Source of the DNA: a virus
Taxonomy: Duplodnaviria > Caudoviricetes
Strand: one strand, 5' to 3'
Virus record (IMG/VR): IMGVR_UViG_3300030372_001592
Span: 1-33,173 of that record
Length of the DNA stretch: 33,173 bases
Below, piece by piece: positions 8,176-16,468 of the stretch (positions are counted from its first letter, which is position 1; each line of letters begins with the position of its first letter). A program made the translations under genes and the position numbers. The notes under the pieces are model-generated. The model was not told the origin of the DNA. It saw only the letters and a program-made list of their open reading frames with translations, and did not search any database.

Positions 8176-9177
8176 ATGGCCTTACTAACACGCAAACGAG
8201 TCATTGCGGTTCTAAAGGAAAGCACTGCTGGAACTTACAACGCTCCACAAGCTGCTAACTGTCTTTTAGTTCGTGACCTAAATATCACTCCACAACAGAG
8301 TGATGTAGTAAGTCGTGACCTTGTTAGACCTTACTTTGGAGCCAGCGAACAGCTACAGGCAAACACTAGAGTTGAATGTACTTTCTCTGTTGAAATGGCA
8401 GGGATCGGACAAAACGATGCTGCTAATGAAGATGCTGATAACGCTCCTAACTTTGGGGAGTGTCTTGAAGCTTGTGGATTCACTACGGAGACAACAGACG
8501 ATGCAAAACGTCTTTACACTCCTAATTCTCTTGACTCCACAACAGTCAGTATTCTCTACAACATAGATGGTGTCCAGCACACTGTAAAAGGAGCAAAAGG
8601 AACATTTTCAGTTGCCTGTTCTGTGGGTGAAATTCCTACTTTTGACTTCACTTTTACTGGGGTCTATATAGCTCCTGCTGACGCAACTGCCTTAACTCCT
8701 GCTTATCAGAAGCAAGCAACACCTTTGCTCTTTAACAATTCCAACACTGGTACGTTCAAGATCTTTGGTGAGACAGGACTCCAGATGAGTAACTTCTCAT
8801 TGGATATTGGTAATGAAGTTATCTACCGTGAATTGGTTGGTGGTAGCCCTGAAGTGATGATCACAAACAGAAATGTTAGTGGATCAGTAACTGTTGAGGC
8901 TGTGAACTTGGCTAGTGGTGGTAGTCAGCAATGGAACCCATTTGCCGCTGCACTTGCAGATGGAACTTTGGGTGAGATTAGTTTCACTCATGGAACTGCT
9001 GCACTTAACAAGGTCACAATTCAGTCGGGTCTGGTAACCAGTCAGACAACGAAGAATCGTGTTGACTTAGGTTCTATCGGTTACTCCGAAGAAGACGGAA
9101 TTGCGATGTGGGATTGCCCTTACACAATGATTCCCTCTACAAGTGGTAATGATGAACTTTCAATTATCTTTGAATAG
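8176..9177 (+). CDS. Major tail (tube) protein
   Basis: 333 aa, E...GT, R.LVRPY.G, GAKGTFS, GEIPTFDFTFTG, FSLDIGN and R.VSGSVT motifs. Precedes chaperones and TMP and is followed by a terminator. Confidence 0.85.
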   Translation: MALLTRKRVIAVLKESTAGTYNAPQAANCLLVRDLNITPQQSDVVSRDLVRPYFGASEQLQANTRVECTFSVEMAGIGQNDAANEDADNAPNFGECLEACGFTTETTDDAKRLYTPNSLDSTTVSILYNIDGVQHTVKGAKGTFSVACSVGEIPTFDFTFTGVYIAPADATALTPAYQKQATPLLFNNSNTGTFKIFGETGLQMSNFSLDIGNEVIYRELVGGSPEVMITNRNVSGSVTVEAVNLASGGSQQWNPFAAALADGTLGEISFTHGTAALNKVTIQSGLVTSQTTKNRVDLGSIGYSEEDGIAMWDCPYTMIPSTSGNDELSIIFE

Positions 9178-9200
9178 TTGAATCTTCACTTTGTAGTGTT

Positions 9201-9225
9201 GGGGGGTTTATACCCCCCTTTTTTT
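9201..9225 (+). terminator. Intrinsic terminator after the tail tube gene
   Basis: GGGGGGT-TTAT-ACCCCCC followed by T7. Confidence 0.85.
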
Positions 9226-9258
9226 GGGCTATGGTGGTTGGGAATATCATTATTTTTT

Positions 9259-9591
9259 ATGGCATTTATCCGTAGAAAGTCAAAAGCTTATCCTTGGCCT
9301 GTTGAAATCAAACGTCCTTCTGAAACAAATGCAGGAGAATTTGAGACAGATACGTTTACTGTCAAATTCAAAAGATTAGCTAAAAAAGAGTTAGAGGCTT
9401 TTGGTAAGGCAGATGAAGATAAAGCATTGGAAAAGATTATTGTGGGTTGGAGTGACATCACGGAAGAAGATGGAACTGAGATCCCCTTCACCAAAGCTAA
9501 TTTAAAAGACTTTTCAGAGGATGTCGATTTTGTAGCTGGTGTTGTACTGGCATTCCAGAATTTCTACGCTACAGGTAAGGAGGGAAACTAA
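9259..9591 (+). CDS. Tail assembly chaperone (gpG-like)
   Basis: WPV...F.VKFKRL...IVGWSDI.EEDG.EIPF..ANL and C-terminal EGN. Real start likely ATG 9259, because the upstream extension runs through the terminator. Confidence 0.85.
   Translation: MAFIRRKSKAYPWPVEIKRPSETNAGEFETDTFTVKFKRLAKKELEAFGKADEDKALEKIIVGWSDITEEDGTEIPFTKANLKDFSEDVDFVAGVVLAFQNFYATGKEGN
9582..9588 (+). other. -1 programmed ribosomal frameshift slippery site (G GGA AAC)
   Basis: X XXY YYZ heptamer immediately before TAA. The -1 frame is open (LKEAAIYWASGGKEEID) and in frame with ORF 9639-9932. Confidence 0.85.
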
Positions 9592-9932
9592 AAGAGGCCG
9601 CTATTTACTGGGCTTCTGGCGGCAAAGAAGAAATAGACATGACTCAAGAGGATGCAAAAGCGTTTGGTATTGAGATTCCTAAAAGCCCAGAAAAAAAAGA
9701 TGAATTTGAGGTTTGGGATTGCAATTGGGAGACTGTTATGGTCTTCTTAAAGATGCAAACTCAGTGGACTGTCTCAATGGCTGGGTACGTCGGATTAAAA
9801 TATGAAGTATTATTAGTAGCTGGAGGTCTATTTGACCTCTACAATATAGAAGACCGCCTTGATGTATTAGAAGGACTTCAAACTATGGAAGTAGCGGCAT
9901 TAAAAGAGTTTAGTAAGAAGGAGTCTAAATAA
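9588..9932 (+). CDS. Tail assembly chaperone gpT-like segment (DUF1799-like), expressed as a G-T frameshift fusion
   Basis: FEVW..NW..V.VF..M.TQW......GL.Y...LQ.ME.AAL motif. Reading frame is open from the slippery site. TAATG overlap with TMP. Confidence 0.8.
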   Translation, partial: LKEAAIYWASGGKEEIDMTQEDAKAFGIEIPKSPEKKDEFEVWDCNWETVMVFLKMQTQWTVSMAGYVGLKYEVLLVAGGLFDLYNIEDRLDVLEGLQTMEVAALKEFSKKESK

Positions 9933-12900
9933 TGGCTAGGGAAAGTGTACAAGAACTGATTGTTCGCATAAAACAAGAAGGATTAGGCAATCTTGAGTTT
10001 TTAAAGAAGGAATTAAAACAGGTTAGTTCTCAGTCGAAAATATCCGAGGGAAGTATTAATAAGTTACAGAAAGAGATAAGCAAGTTTGGGGCAGCGACAA
10101 AAAATAGTGTAGAAGGAATAAAAGGACAAGTTAGTGCTTTTCAAAAACTAAGGGCGCAGTCTGATTTTCAAGGAAGAGCGTATAAAAGTTTAACGAAAGA
10201 CATTATTTCGTTAAATAGGGAATTAAAAACTCGTCTTGGAATTGAAAAAGAATTAGATGCAGGAAGAGGAGTTAGAAGAGGTAGGTTCTCTGCTGGTGCT
10301 GGTGATAGGGGCTTATTAGAGTCAAGGATGGATAAAAACCTTGGCGGTGGAACTCGTGATGATTATGCGAGAAGAGCAGCTTCTCTTCAAGCTTTACTTG
10401 TCACTAGAACTTTTGACAATCTTGCAAAGGAACAACAAAAATTTTTAGAGGACTTTAGCAGGAATCCTTTTACCCAAAAAGGAACCATAAGATCAGTTAC
10501 TGGTGGGTCAGCAGAGTTTCAGAAGTTAATTAAGGAATCTAATTCGAGGTTTTTAGCAACTTCTCAGTATGGCACTGGTGGAAAGCTCCTTGGTGGAGGA
10601 ACTCATACGTTTGGTGCTGATCAATTACAACAACTTGGAGAGACAGGTAAGTTAAATAGTCTTCAAAGGGCAGCTTTAAATATTCAAGAAGATTTAAATA
10701 TTGCGTCAAAAAAATATGCAGAAGTATTAGCAAAAGTTAACGCAGAAGAAGGAGTGCAGTCTCGAATCCTTTCTGCTCAAGATGCTGTTGCGAAAAATCA
10801 AGTCGCAAACATAAGGGCAAAGACAATTGCTCGTGATGATCAGATTGCTCAACAAAGAACTAGAGTTAAATCTTTTCTTCAGCAACAACAGTTTGATCCT
10901 ATTGCTGGTTCTTTAGGCGGCACTATTGGTGCAACTTATTTTGGTGGGCAACAATTCCCTGGGCCAGCAAGTAGAGATTTTGCGGCAAAGTCTCCGAGGG
11001 CGCAACAATTTCAAAGCACTTTGGCAATGCTGGGGATTAAGACTCCTACTTATGCCGCAGCAGAGAAAGAATATAGACAGTCGATTTCAGGTTATGAGGC
11101 TTCGACACAAGCAGATAAAACTCGCATAAGGATGCCTAAGTTTGGAGATTTTGCTAGAGGAGTAAGTGATACAGAGATAGATACGATATTAGGGAAAAGG
11201 AGTCTCTTTGGATTTAAAGAACCGAAACTAAGCAGGATAGATCCGATGGGATTAGGCAAAGATTTGGCCTATCCAAAAACAGATACAGGCTTTGCCGCAG
11301 AATTAAATAATTTAAATGAACTCCTACCTAATTTAAAAAGAGGTTCTAAGGAATGGGTAGATACAACTTTAAAAATAGAAAAAAAACAACAGGAGTTAGC
11401 TGAAACAATAAAAGAAGGTAATGAAGCTTTAAAGAAAAGAAGAGAAGCTATAGCGAAGGAAGTTAATCCAAAAGTTAATCAGAAGCTGCTCCCTCCAGGA
11501 AAGCCGACTTTAGAAGAGGCGATGGGAGGAGTGAAAGGGCAAAAATTTGATGCAAGAAAAATATCAAAAGGAATGAAAAATACTTCTAAGTCAGTTGATG
11601 ACTTAAGAAGATCAATTCTTAAAAAGACTTCTGCCTCTAATAAAAGTATTAATAAATTAAATGAGCAACGAAATTCACTTGATAAGTTAAGGAATAGTGT
11701 CGCTCCAAATAGTTCTGCATTTAAACAATTAACAAAAGATATTGATCGGACTAATCAATCTTTAAGTAAATTGCAAGGAAGGAGCAAAGGCTTTGGTAAA
11801 AAAGGACTTTTAGGTTTTGGACAATCAGTCTTAGGTGGTGCTTATTTTGGAGGCCCGTTTGGTGCTGTTGGTGCTGGAATTGGTCAGATGTTTGGGGGGC
11901 AAAGTGGTGCAGCGACTGGAGGATTAGTTGGGGCGCAGGTTGGTCGCCCCATCACCGAATTTATTGGTGGTTCTACTGACTATGCGGCTCAATATTCAAA
12001 GGCACAGTTAACTTTACAACAAATTACTAAAGATTCTGGCTCTTATGGAGTCGCTATGGATGCTGTTAAGACAGCAGTAGAAGAGTTTAACGTGCCGCAA
12101 GAAGTGGCAATAAAAGGAATGACAAGATTAAGTGCTGCTGTCTTAGGTTCGGGTGGAAATATTAATAATGCAGCAGAAGCTTTCTTAAATACGACTGCTG
12201 CAATCAAGGGTACGGCTGGTAGTGCAGATGATGTGAAGTCGGCGATAACAGCGATGGTTCAGATCTATTCAAAAGGCAAGGTATCAGCCGAAGAACTTTC
12301 GGGGCAGCTCGGTGAAAGATTTCCAGGAGCCGTAACGAAATTTGCGAAAGCAAATAATATATCGACTCAATCTTTGCAAAAGAATTTAAAAGATGGAACA
12401 GTTGGCTTAGACATGTTGAGTAAGTTTATCGAAAGTTTAGGAAGTGAATATATTCCGTTAGCCAAAAAGATTGCTGCTTCTAATGAAGAGGCAGGTGCAA
12501 GATCAAGAGTAGCGATGAATAGGTTAAGAATTGCGGTAGGAGAAGAATTGATTCCTATTGGTAAAGAGTTCCAAGAAATGACTGCGGAATTATTAATTGA
12601 TTTGATTCCTGCTTTAACAAAACTTGCAGAGATTGGAGGTGATGCTTTTGCAGCTTTGGCTTCATCAATTAGCTTTGTTGTTGATAATTTTAATATAATA
12701 GGCCCAGCAATTGCAGGTGCTACGGCATCGTTGGTCGCTTATAATATTCAACAACAGATAACCAATAGGACTGGAATAGCAAAAATATTGATACAGGCTT
12801 GGGCAGCAATGACTAAACTTGTTGCAGCTATCAAGGCTGGGACGGTTGCTCAAGCTGCTCTTAACGCTGTTACTGCAATAAATCCTTATGTTGCTCTTGC

Positions 12901-13888
12901 TGGTGTTATTACTTCGGTTGCAACTGCTATTTGGGGCGTTAAAGCTGCTAGTGATGCGTTAAAAGGTGAAGAGACATTGTTAGGGGATATAAGTGGAATG
13001 ACTTTAAAAGAAACAGAGAAACAGCTTGAAGCAGTTAAAAATACTATAAAGACGTATCAAGACATAATTAATAATCCAGATACAGCAGAAGAAACGAAGA
13101 AAGGTTTAAGCAGCCTACTAGATAAATTAGAGAATTCAGTGTCACGACTTCAAACACAAATTACAAAGTTAGGAGGAAAGGTTGTCTTTGATCCTATGAC
13201 TAAAGGAGCCGAAGATGCTGGTGAGAAAATTTACAAGGGTTTATCTGGGGGAGTAAAAAAATTTATGGATGATATGAAAAACGCAGGAGAAGAATTTGCG
13301 AACGTCACAGCATCATGGTTTGACAGGATGGCTAGTTCTTTAGCTGACTTTGTAATGACTGGAAAATTGAAATTTAAAGAGTTTGCTCGTTCTGTTATTG
13401 CTGATCTAGCGAAGATGATCATGAAACAAATGATATTTAATATGATTGCGGGACTTGGTAAGTGGGGATCTCTTGTCGCTGATAGAAGGTTATCAGGACT
13501 TGGCAAAGGTTCTGCTTTAAATACTCCTGTTGGTTCGCCAAACTTCCCTAAAGGAGCAAATGGATTAGTCGTTGCTAAGAACGGCATAGTCCCTTACGCC
13601 AAAGGAGGCATAGTTGATAGTCCTACACTCTTCCCATTTTCACGGGGGGTTGGCCTGATGGGTGAGAAAGGGCCAGAAGCTATCGTCCCGCTAAAACGTG
13701 GTAGAGATGGAAAACTTGGAATAGCTGGAGGCGGTGGCAGTACAGTTGTTAATGTTTCAGTTGATGCGACAGGAACAAAAGCTCGTGGTAATGGTATGCA
13801 AGCGAAACAATTAGGTAAATTAGTAGGGACTGCTGTTGAGGCAGAACTCATCAAGCAAAAACGACCTGGAGGAATTCTTTACGGCTAA
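9932..13888 (+). CDS. Tape measure protein
   Basis: 1318 aa helical protein. Tape-measure core AMVQIYSKGKVSAEELSGQLGERFPGA, lambda-type C-terminus DFVMTGKL.FK.FARSVIADL and AKGGIV...MGEKGPEAIVPL. Confidence 0.95.
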   Translation: MARESVQELIVRIKQEGLGNLEFLKKELKQVSSQSKISEGSINKLQKEISKFGAATKNSVEGIKGQVSAFQKLRAQSDFQGRAYKSLTKDIISLNRELKTRLGIEKELDAGRGVRRGRFSAGAGDRGLLESRMDKNLGGGTRDDYARRAASLQALLVTRTFDNLAKEQQKFLEDFSRNPFTQKGTIRSVTGGSAEFQKLIKESNSRFLATSQYGTGGKLLGGGTHTFGADQLQQLGETGKLNSLQRAALNIQEDLNIASKKYAEVLAKVNAEEGVQSRILSAQDAVAKNQVANIRAKTIARDDQIAQQRTRVKSFLQQQQFDPIAGSLGGTIGATYFGGQQFPGPASRDFAAKSPRAQQFQSTLAMLGIKTPTYAAAEKEYRQSISGYEASTQADKTRIRMPKFGDFARGVSDTEIDTILGKRSLFGFKEPKLSRIDPMGLGKDLAYPKTDTGFAAELNNLNELLPNLKRGSKEWVDTTLKIEKKQQELAETIKEGNEALKKRREAIAKEVNPKVNQKLLPPGKPTLEEAMGGVKGQKFDARKISKGMKNTSKSVDDLRRSILKKTSASNKSINKLNEQRNSLDKLRNSVAPNSSAFKQLTKDIDRTNQSLSKLQGRSKGFGKKGLLGFGQSVLGGAYFGGPFGAVGAGIGQMFGGQSGAATGGLVGAQVGRPITEFIGGSTDYAAQYSKAQLTLQQITKDSGSYGVAMDAVKTAVEEFNVPQEVAIKGMTRLSAAVLGSGGNINNAAEAFLNTTAAIKGTAGSADDVKSAITAMVQIYSKGKVSAEELSGQLGERFPGAVTKFAKANNISTQSLQKNLKDGTVGLDMLSKFIESLGSEYIPLAKKIAASNEEAGARSRVAMNRLRIAVGEELIPIGKEFQEMTAELLIDLIPALTKLAEIGGDAFAALASSISFVVDNFNIIGPAIAGATASLVAYNIQQQITNRTGIAKILIQAWAAMTKLVAAIKAGTVAQAALNAVTAINPYVALAGVITSVATAIWGVKAASDALKGEETLLGDISGMTLKETEKQLEAVKNTIKTYQDIINNPDTAEETKKGLSSLLDKLENSVSRLQTQITKLGGKVVFDPMTKGAEDAGEKIYKGLSGGVKKFMDDMKNAGEEFANVTASWFDRMASSLADFVMTGKLKFKEFARSVIADLAKMIMKQMIFNMIAGLGKWGSLVADRRLSGLGKGSALNTPVGSPNFPKGANGLVVAKNGIVPYAKGGIVDSPTLFPFSRGVGLMGEKGPEAIVPLKRGRDGKLGIAGGGGSTVVNVSVDATGTKARGNGMQAKQLGKLVGTAVEAELIKQKRPGGILYG

Positions 13889-14256
13889 TGGCTACTTTTG
13901 ACGAACAAACTGTTGGGTCTGATGTCTCACCTAGTTATGACCCCACGCTACAGATTGAAAACAACATAATTATTCAAAAACTTGGAGATGGTTACGAGAA
14001 CAGATTAAGAAGAGGTTTGAACACTTCTGTTCGGACTTATACGTTAAATTTTTCAGCAAGAAGTGATATTGCCGTGACTAATATTCTTACTTTTTTATCT
14101 TCATCAACGGGTGGAAATAATGGAGCAAAATCTTTTACTTGGCTTCCTCCTTATGGAGCCACTGGAAAATGGGTATGTGCTTCTCAAACTGTCACCAAAA
14201 CTTCTTATAACTTAAATGATCTTAGTTTGACTTTTAGAGAGGTCTTTGAGATCTGA
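13888..14256 (+). CDS. Distal tail protein (lambda gpM-like)
   Basis: LGDGYENR...GLN, SFTWLPPY and LTFREVFE motifs, directly after TMP. Confidence 0.9.
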   Translation: MATFDEQTVGSDVSPSYDPTLQIENNIIIQKLGDGYENRLRRGLNTSVRTYTLNFSARSDIAVTNILTFLSSSTGGNNGAKSFTWLPPYGATGKWVCASQTVTKTSYNLNDLSLTFREVFEI

Positions 14257-15155
14257 TGGCTATCCCTATTGAAGAATTACAATCTTCTGATCCTTCAACA
14301 ATTATTGAATTATTTGAATTGCAATTGGTAGAGGGAACTCATTATGCAACGGGTAATCCTGACAGCGTAAATACTTTGTATCGCTGGCATAACGGAGTAG
14401 CAATGAATAGTGTTGGGCAGTTGAAATTTAACGGACAAACTTATTCAGCCTTGCCTATAGATGCAGAGGGTTTTGATTACAAAGGGACAGCAGAAGGTTC
14501 AGGCACTCTGCCAAGGCCAACTTTAAGAGTAAGTAACTTGCTTTATACTGTTACGACTCTTTTAACTGAAGTTAATAAGATCTCAACAGGAAATGATTTG
14601 TTAGGGGCAAAACTTACAAGGATTAGAACGCTGGCAAAATTTCTTGATAAAGAAAGTTTTGCTCCTGAAGATGTTATTTATAAAGTCACAGTCTCAAATA
14701 ATCAGTTTTATTTGAATGGGGTTAGTAAGCCTACTTTAAATTTGATAAGAAATGGTCGTTATATATTTTTGCAAGATGATCCAAGTAATCTAGGTAATCG
14801 TTTTCGTATCCTTGCGAATGGTGGTGCCATACTTTCTAGTTCTTTAGGTACACCAGGCGAATCAGATGGCAGGACTATTTTTGAAGTTCCTGGTTCGGCA
14901 ACTTCTGGTTCTTACGCCTCTGTTGAAAATGGTACAAATTATGGAAACACAATTAACTTTTCTGATTTTCAGCATACAGGTAATGCAAATATGAAATTCC
15001 CTGATGAGATTTATTTTATAGATCGAAAATCGGGGGAGAACAAGCAAATGGTTGAATTTGAGTTATGTTCTGCTTTAGATATGCAAGGTTTTAAATTGCC
15101 AAAAAGGATTTGTTTGCCTAGAGAGTTTCCTGGTATTGGTTCATTCCATGAGTGA
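14256..15155 (+). CDS. Tail tip protein (lambda gpL-like) with an internal insertion and a shortened C-terminus
   Basis: IELFEL, Y.ALPI.AEGF, LPRPTLRVSN, GAKLTRIRTLAKFLD, YFIDRK and VEFEL motifs. Confidence 0.88.
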   Translation: MAIPIEELQSSDPSTIIELFELQLVEGTHYATGNPDSVNTLYRWHNGVAMNSVGQLKFNGQTYSALPIDAEGFDYKGTAEGSGTLPRPTLRVSNLLYTVTTLLTEVNKISTGNDLLGAKLTRIRTLAKFLDKESFAPEDVIYKVTVSNNQFYLNGVSKPTLNLIRNGRYIFLQDDPSNLGNRFRILANGGAILSSSLGTPGESDGRTIFEVPGSATSGSYASVENGTNYGNTINFSDFQHTGNANMKFPDEIYFIDRKSGENKQMVEFELCSALDMQGFKLPKRICLPREFPGIGSFHE

Positions 15156-15861
15156 TTGGAAAGAACTCGCAAGCATTCACGCAAAGGAAGTTTTTCCAGA
15201 AGAAGCCTGTGGTTTGGTTGTTGTTCATAAAGGCAAGACAAAATATAAGCGTTGCAAAAATGTTGCTTTCGATCCGAAAGATACATTTGTTATTGATCCT
15301 ATTGATTATGCAAATGCGGAAGATGTTTCAACGATAAGTGCCATATTCCATAGTCATCCTATTCAGAAGGCTCGACCTAGCTTGGCTGATAAAACAGCTT
15401 GTGAAAATTCAAAACTTCCTTGGTATATATATGCTGTCTCTTTTGATGATTGGTTTGATTTTAAGCCTACTGGATACAAGGCTCCATTAGTAGGTAGAGA
15501 ATATGCTTTTGGTATCCATGATTGTTGGACTTTGGTTAAAGATTATTATGAATCAAAAGGCATAAAATTAAGAGACTGGGAACGACCTACTAATCCAGAT
15601 GATTTTGCAAAGAATCCTTATTTTGATATATGTTTTGAAAAAACAGGCTTTAGAGAGTTAAAAGATGATGAAAACTTGCAAGATGGTGATAGCTTACTGT
15701 TCTCGATTAATAGTTTAGGGTTGAATCATGTTGGAATTTTCTTGGCAGAAGGAAACATGATTTTGCATCATATTGAAGGTAGACTGAGTTCAAGAGACTT
15801 GTATAGCGAATGGCTTCACAAATGCACTGGGAAGAGGTTGCGTTATGTTGACCAAAATTAA
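15148..15861 (+). CDS. Tail tip assembly protein (lambda gpK-like, JAB/MPN + NlpC/P60)
   Basis: PEEACG, HSHP..PS.AD, DCWTLV.DYY, NHVGIF and ILHH motifs. Confidence 0.92.
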   Translation: MSDWKELASIHAKEVFPEEACGLVVVHKGKTKYKRCKNVAFDPKDTFVIDPIDYANAEDVSTISAIFHSHPIQKARPSLADKTACENSKLPWYIYAVSFDDWFDFKPTGYKAPLVGREYAFGIHDCWTLVKDYYESKGIKLRDWERPTNPDDFAKNPYFDICFEKTGFRELKDDENLQDGDSLLFSINSLGLNHVGIFLAEGNMILHHIEGRLSSRDLYSEWLHKCTGKRLRYVDQN

Positions 15862-16468
15862 ACTATATGGACAGCTTTCTGAATTTTGTGGCGGTCAGAA
15901 AGAATTTGAAGCTGTTGTAAACAGTACAGGTGATGCAGTTAGGTTTTTAATTGCGAATTTCAAAGGAATAGAAAAACACATGGCTACTCAGTTCTACCAA
16001 GTAACAGTTGGAGGAGAAGAAGTAGATAAAAACGAGCTTCATTATCCGAGTGGTGGTGGTGAGGTACGGATTATTCCAATAGTTGCGGGTGCTGGAAATG
16101 CTGTAAAGATAATTGCTGGAATAGCTTTGATCGCTGCTGCTATTTATTTGCCAGGTTCGACTGCTGTTTTCGGTGCTGGTGTGGGTGGTTTTGGGTTTGG
16201 TGCTGCTGCTGGGACTAGTTTTTCCTTTTATGCCTTAGCAGGAAATATTGGTATTGCTCTTGTTTTAGGAGGGATAGCAGGCATGTTAGCCCCGACACCC
16301 GAAGTACCTGATGAAGAGGGTGATCCAACTAAATCGTTTTCTTTTAGTGGAGTGCAGCAAACAAATAGGGCTGGGACAGCGATCCCAGTTATTTACGGTC
16401 ATGTCTTGGTTGGGAGTATTCCTGTCTCGGCAAAAGTCGATACTAATGACATCGAGGTAACTAGCTAA
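15845..16468 (+). CDS. Tail assembly protein (lambda gpI-like)
   Basis: IKLYG.L, IIPIVAGAG, Gly/Ala hydrophobic stretch, SFSFSG and IPVIYG...VGS motifs. Confidence 0.92.
   Translation: MLTKIKLYGQLSEFCGGQKEFEAVVNSTGDAVRFLIANFKGIEKHMATQFYQVTVGGEEVDKNELHYPSGGGEVRIIPIVAGAGNAVKIIAGIALIAAAIYLPGSTAVFGAGVGGFGFGAAAGTSFSFYALAGNIGIALVLGGIAGMLAPTPEVPDEEGDPTKSFSFSGVQQTNRAGTAIPVIYGHVLVGSIPVSAKVDTNDIEVTS

Noticed and set aside
9178-9258. Hydrophobic N-terminal extension of the tail chaperone ORF
   Set aside because: It is the translated terminator hairpin and T-tract. ATG 9259 gives a typical chaperone start.
9832-9845. TTGACCTCTACAAT about 100 nt upstream of the TMP gene as a third copy of the late motif
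   Set aside because: It needs a mismatch plus a gap, lacks the -10 hexamer at the matching spacing, and can be explained by coding sequence (LFDLYN).
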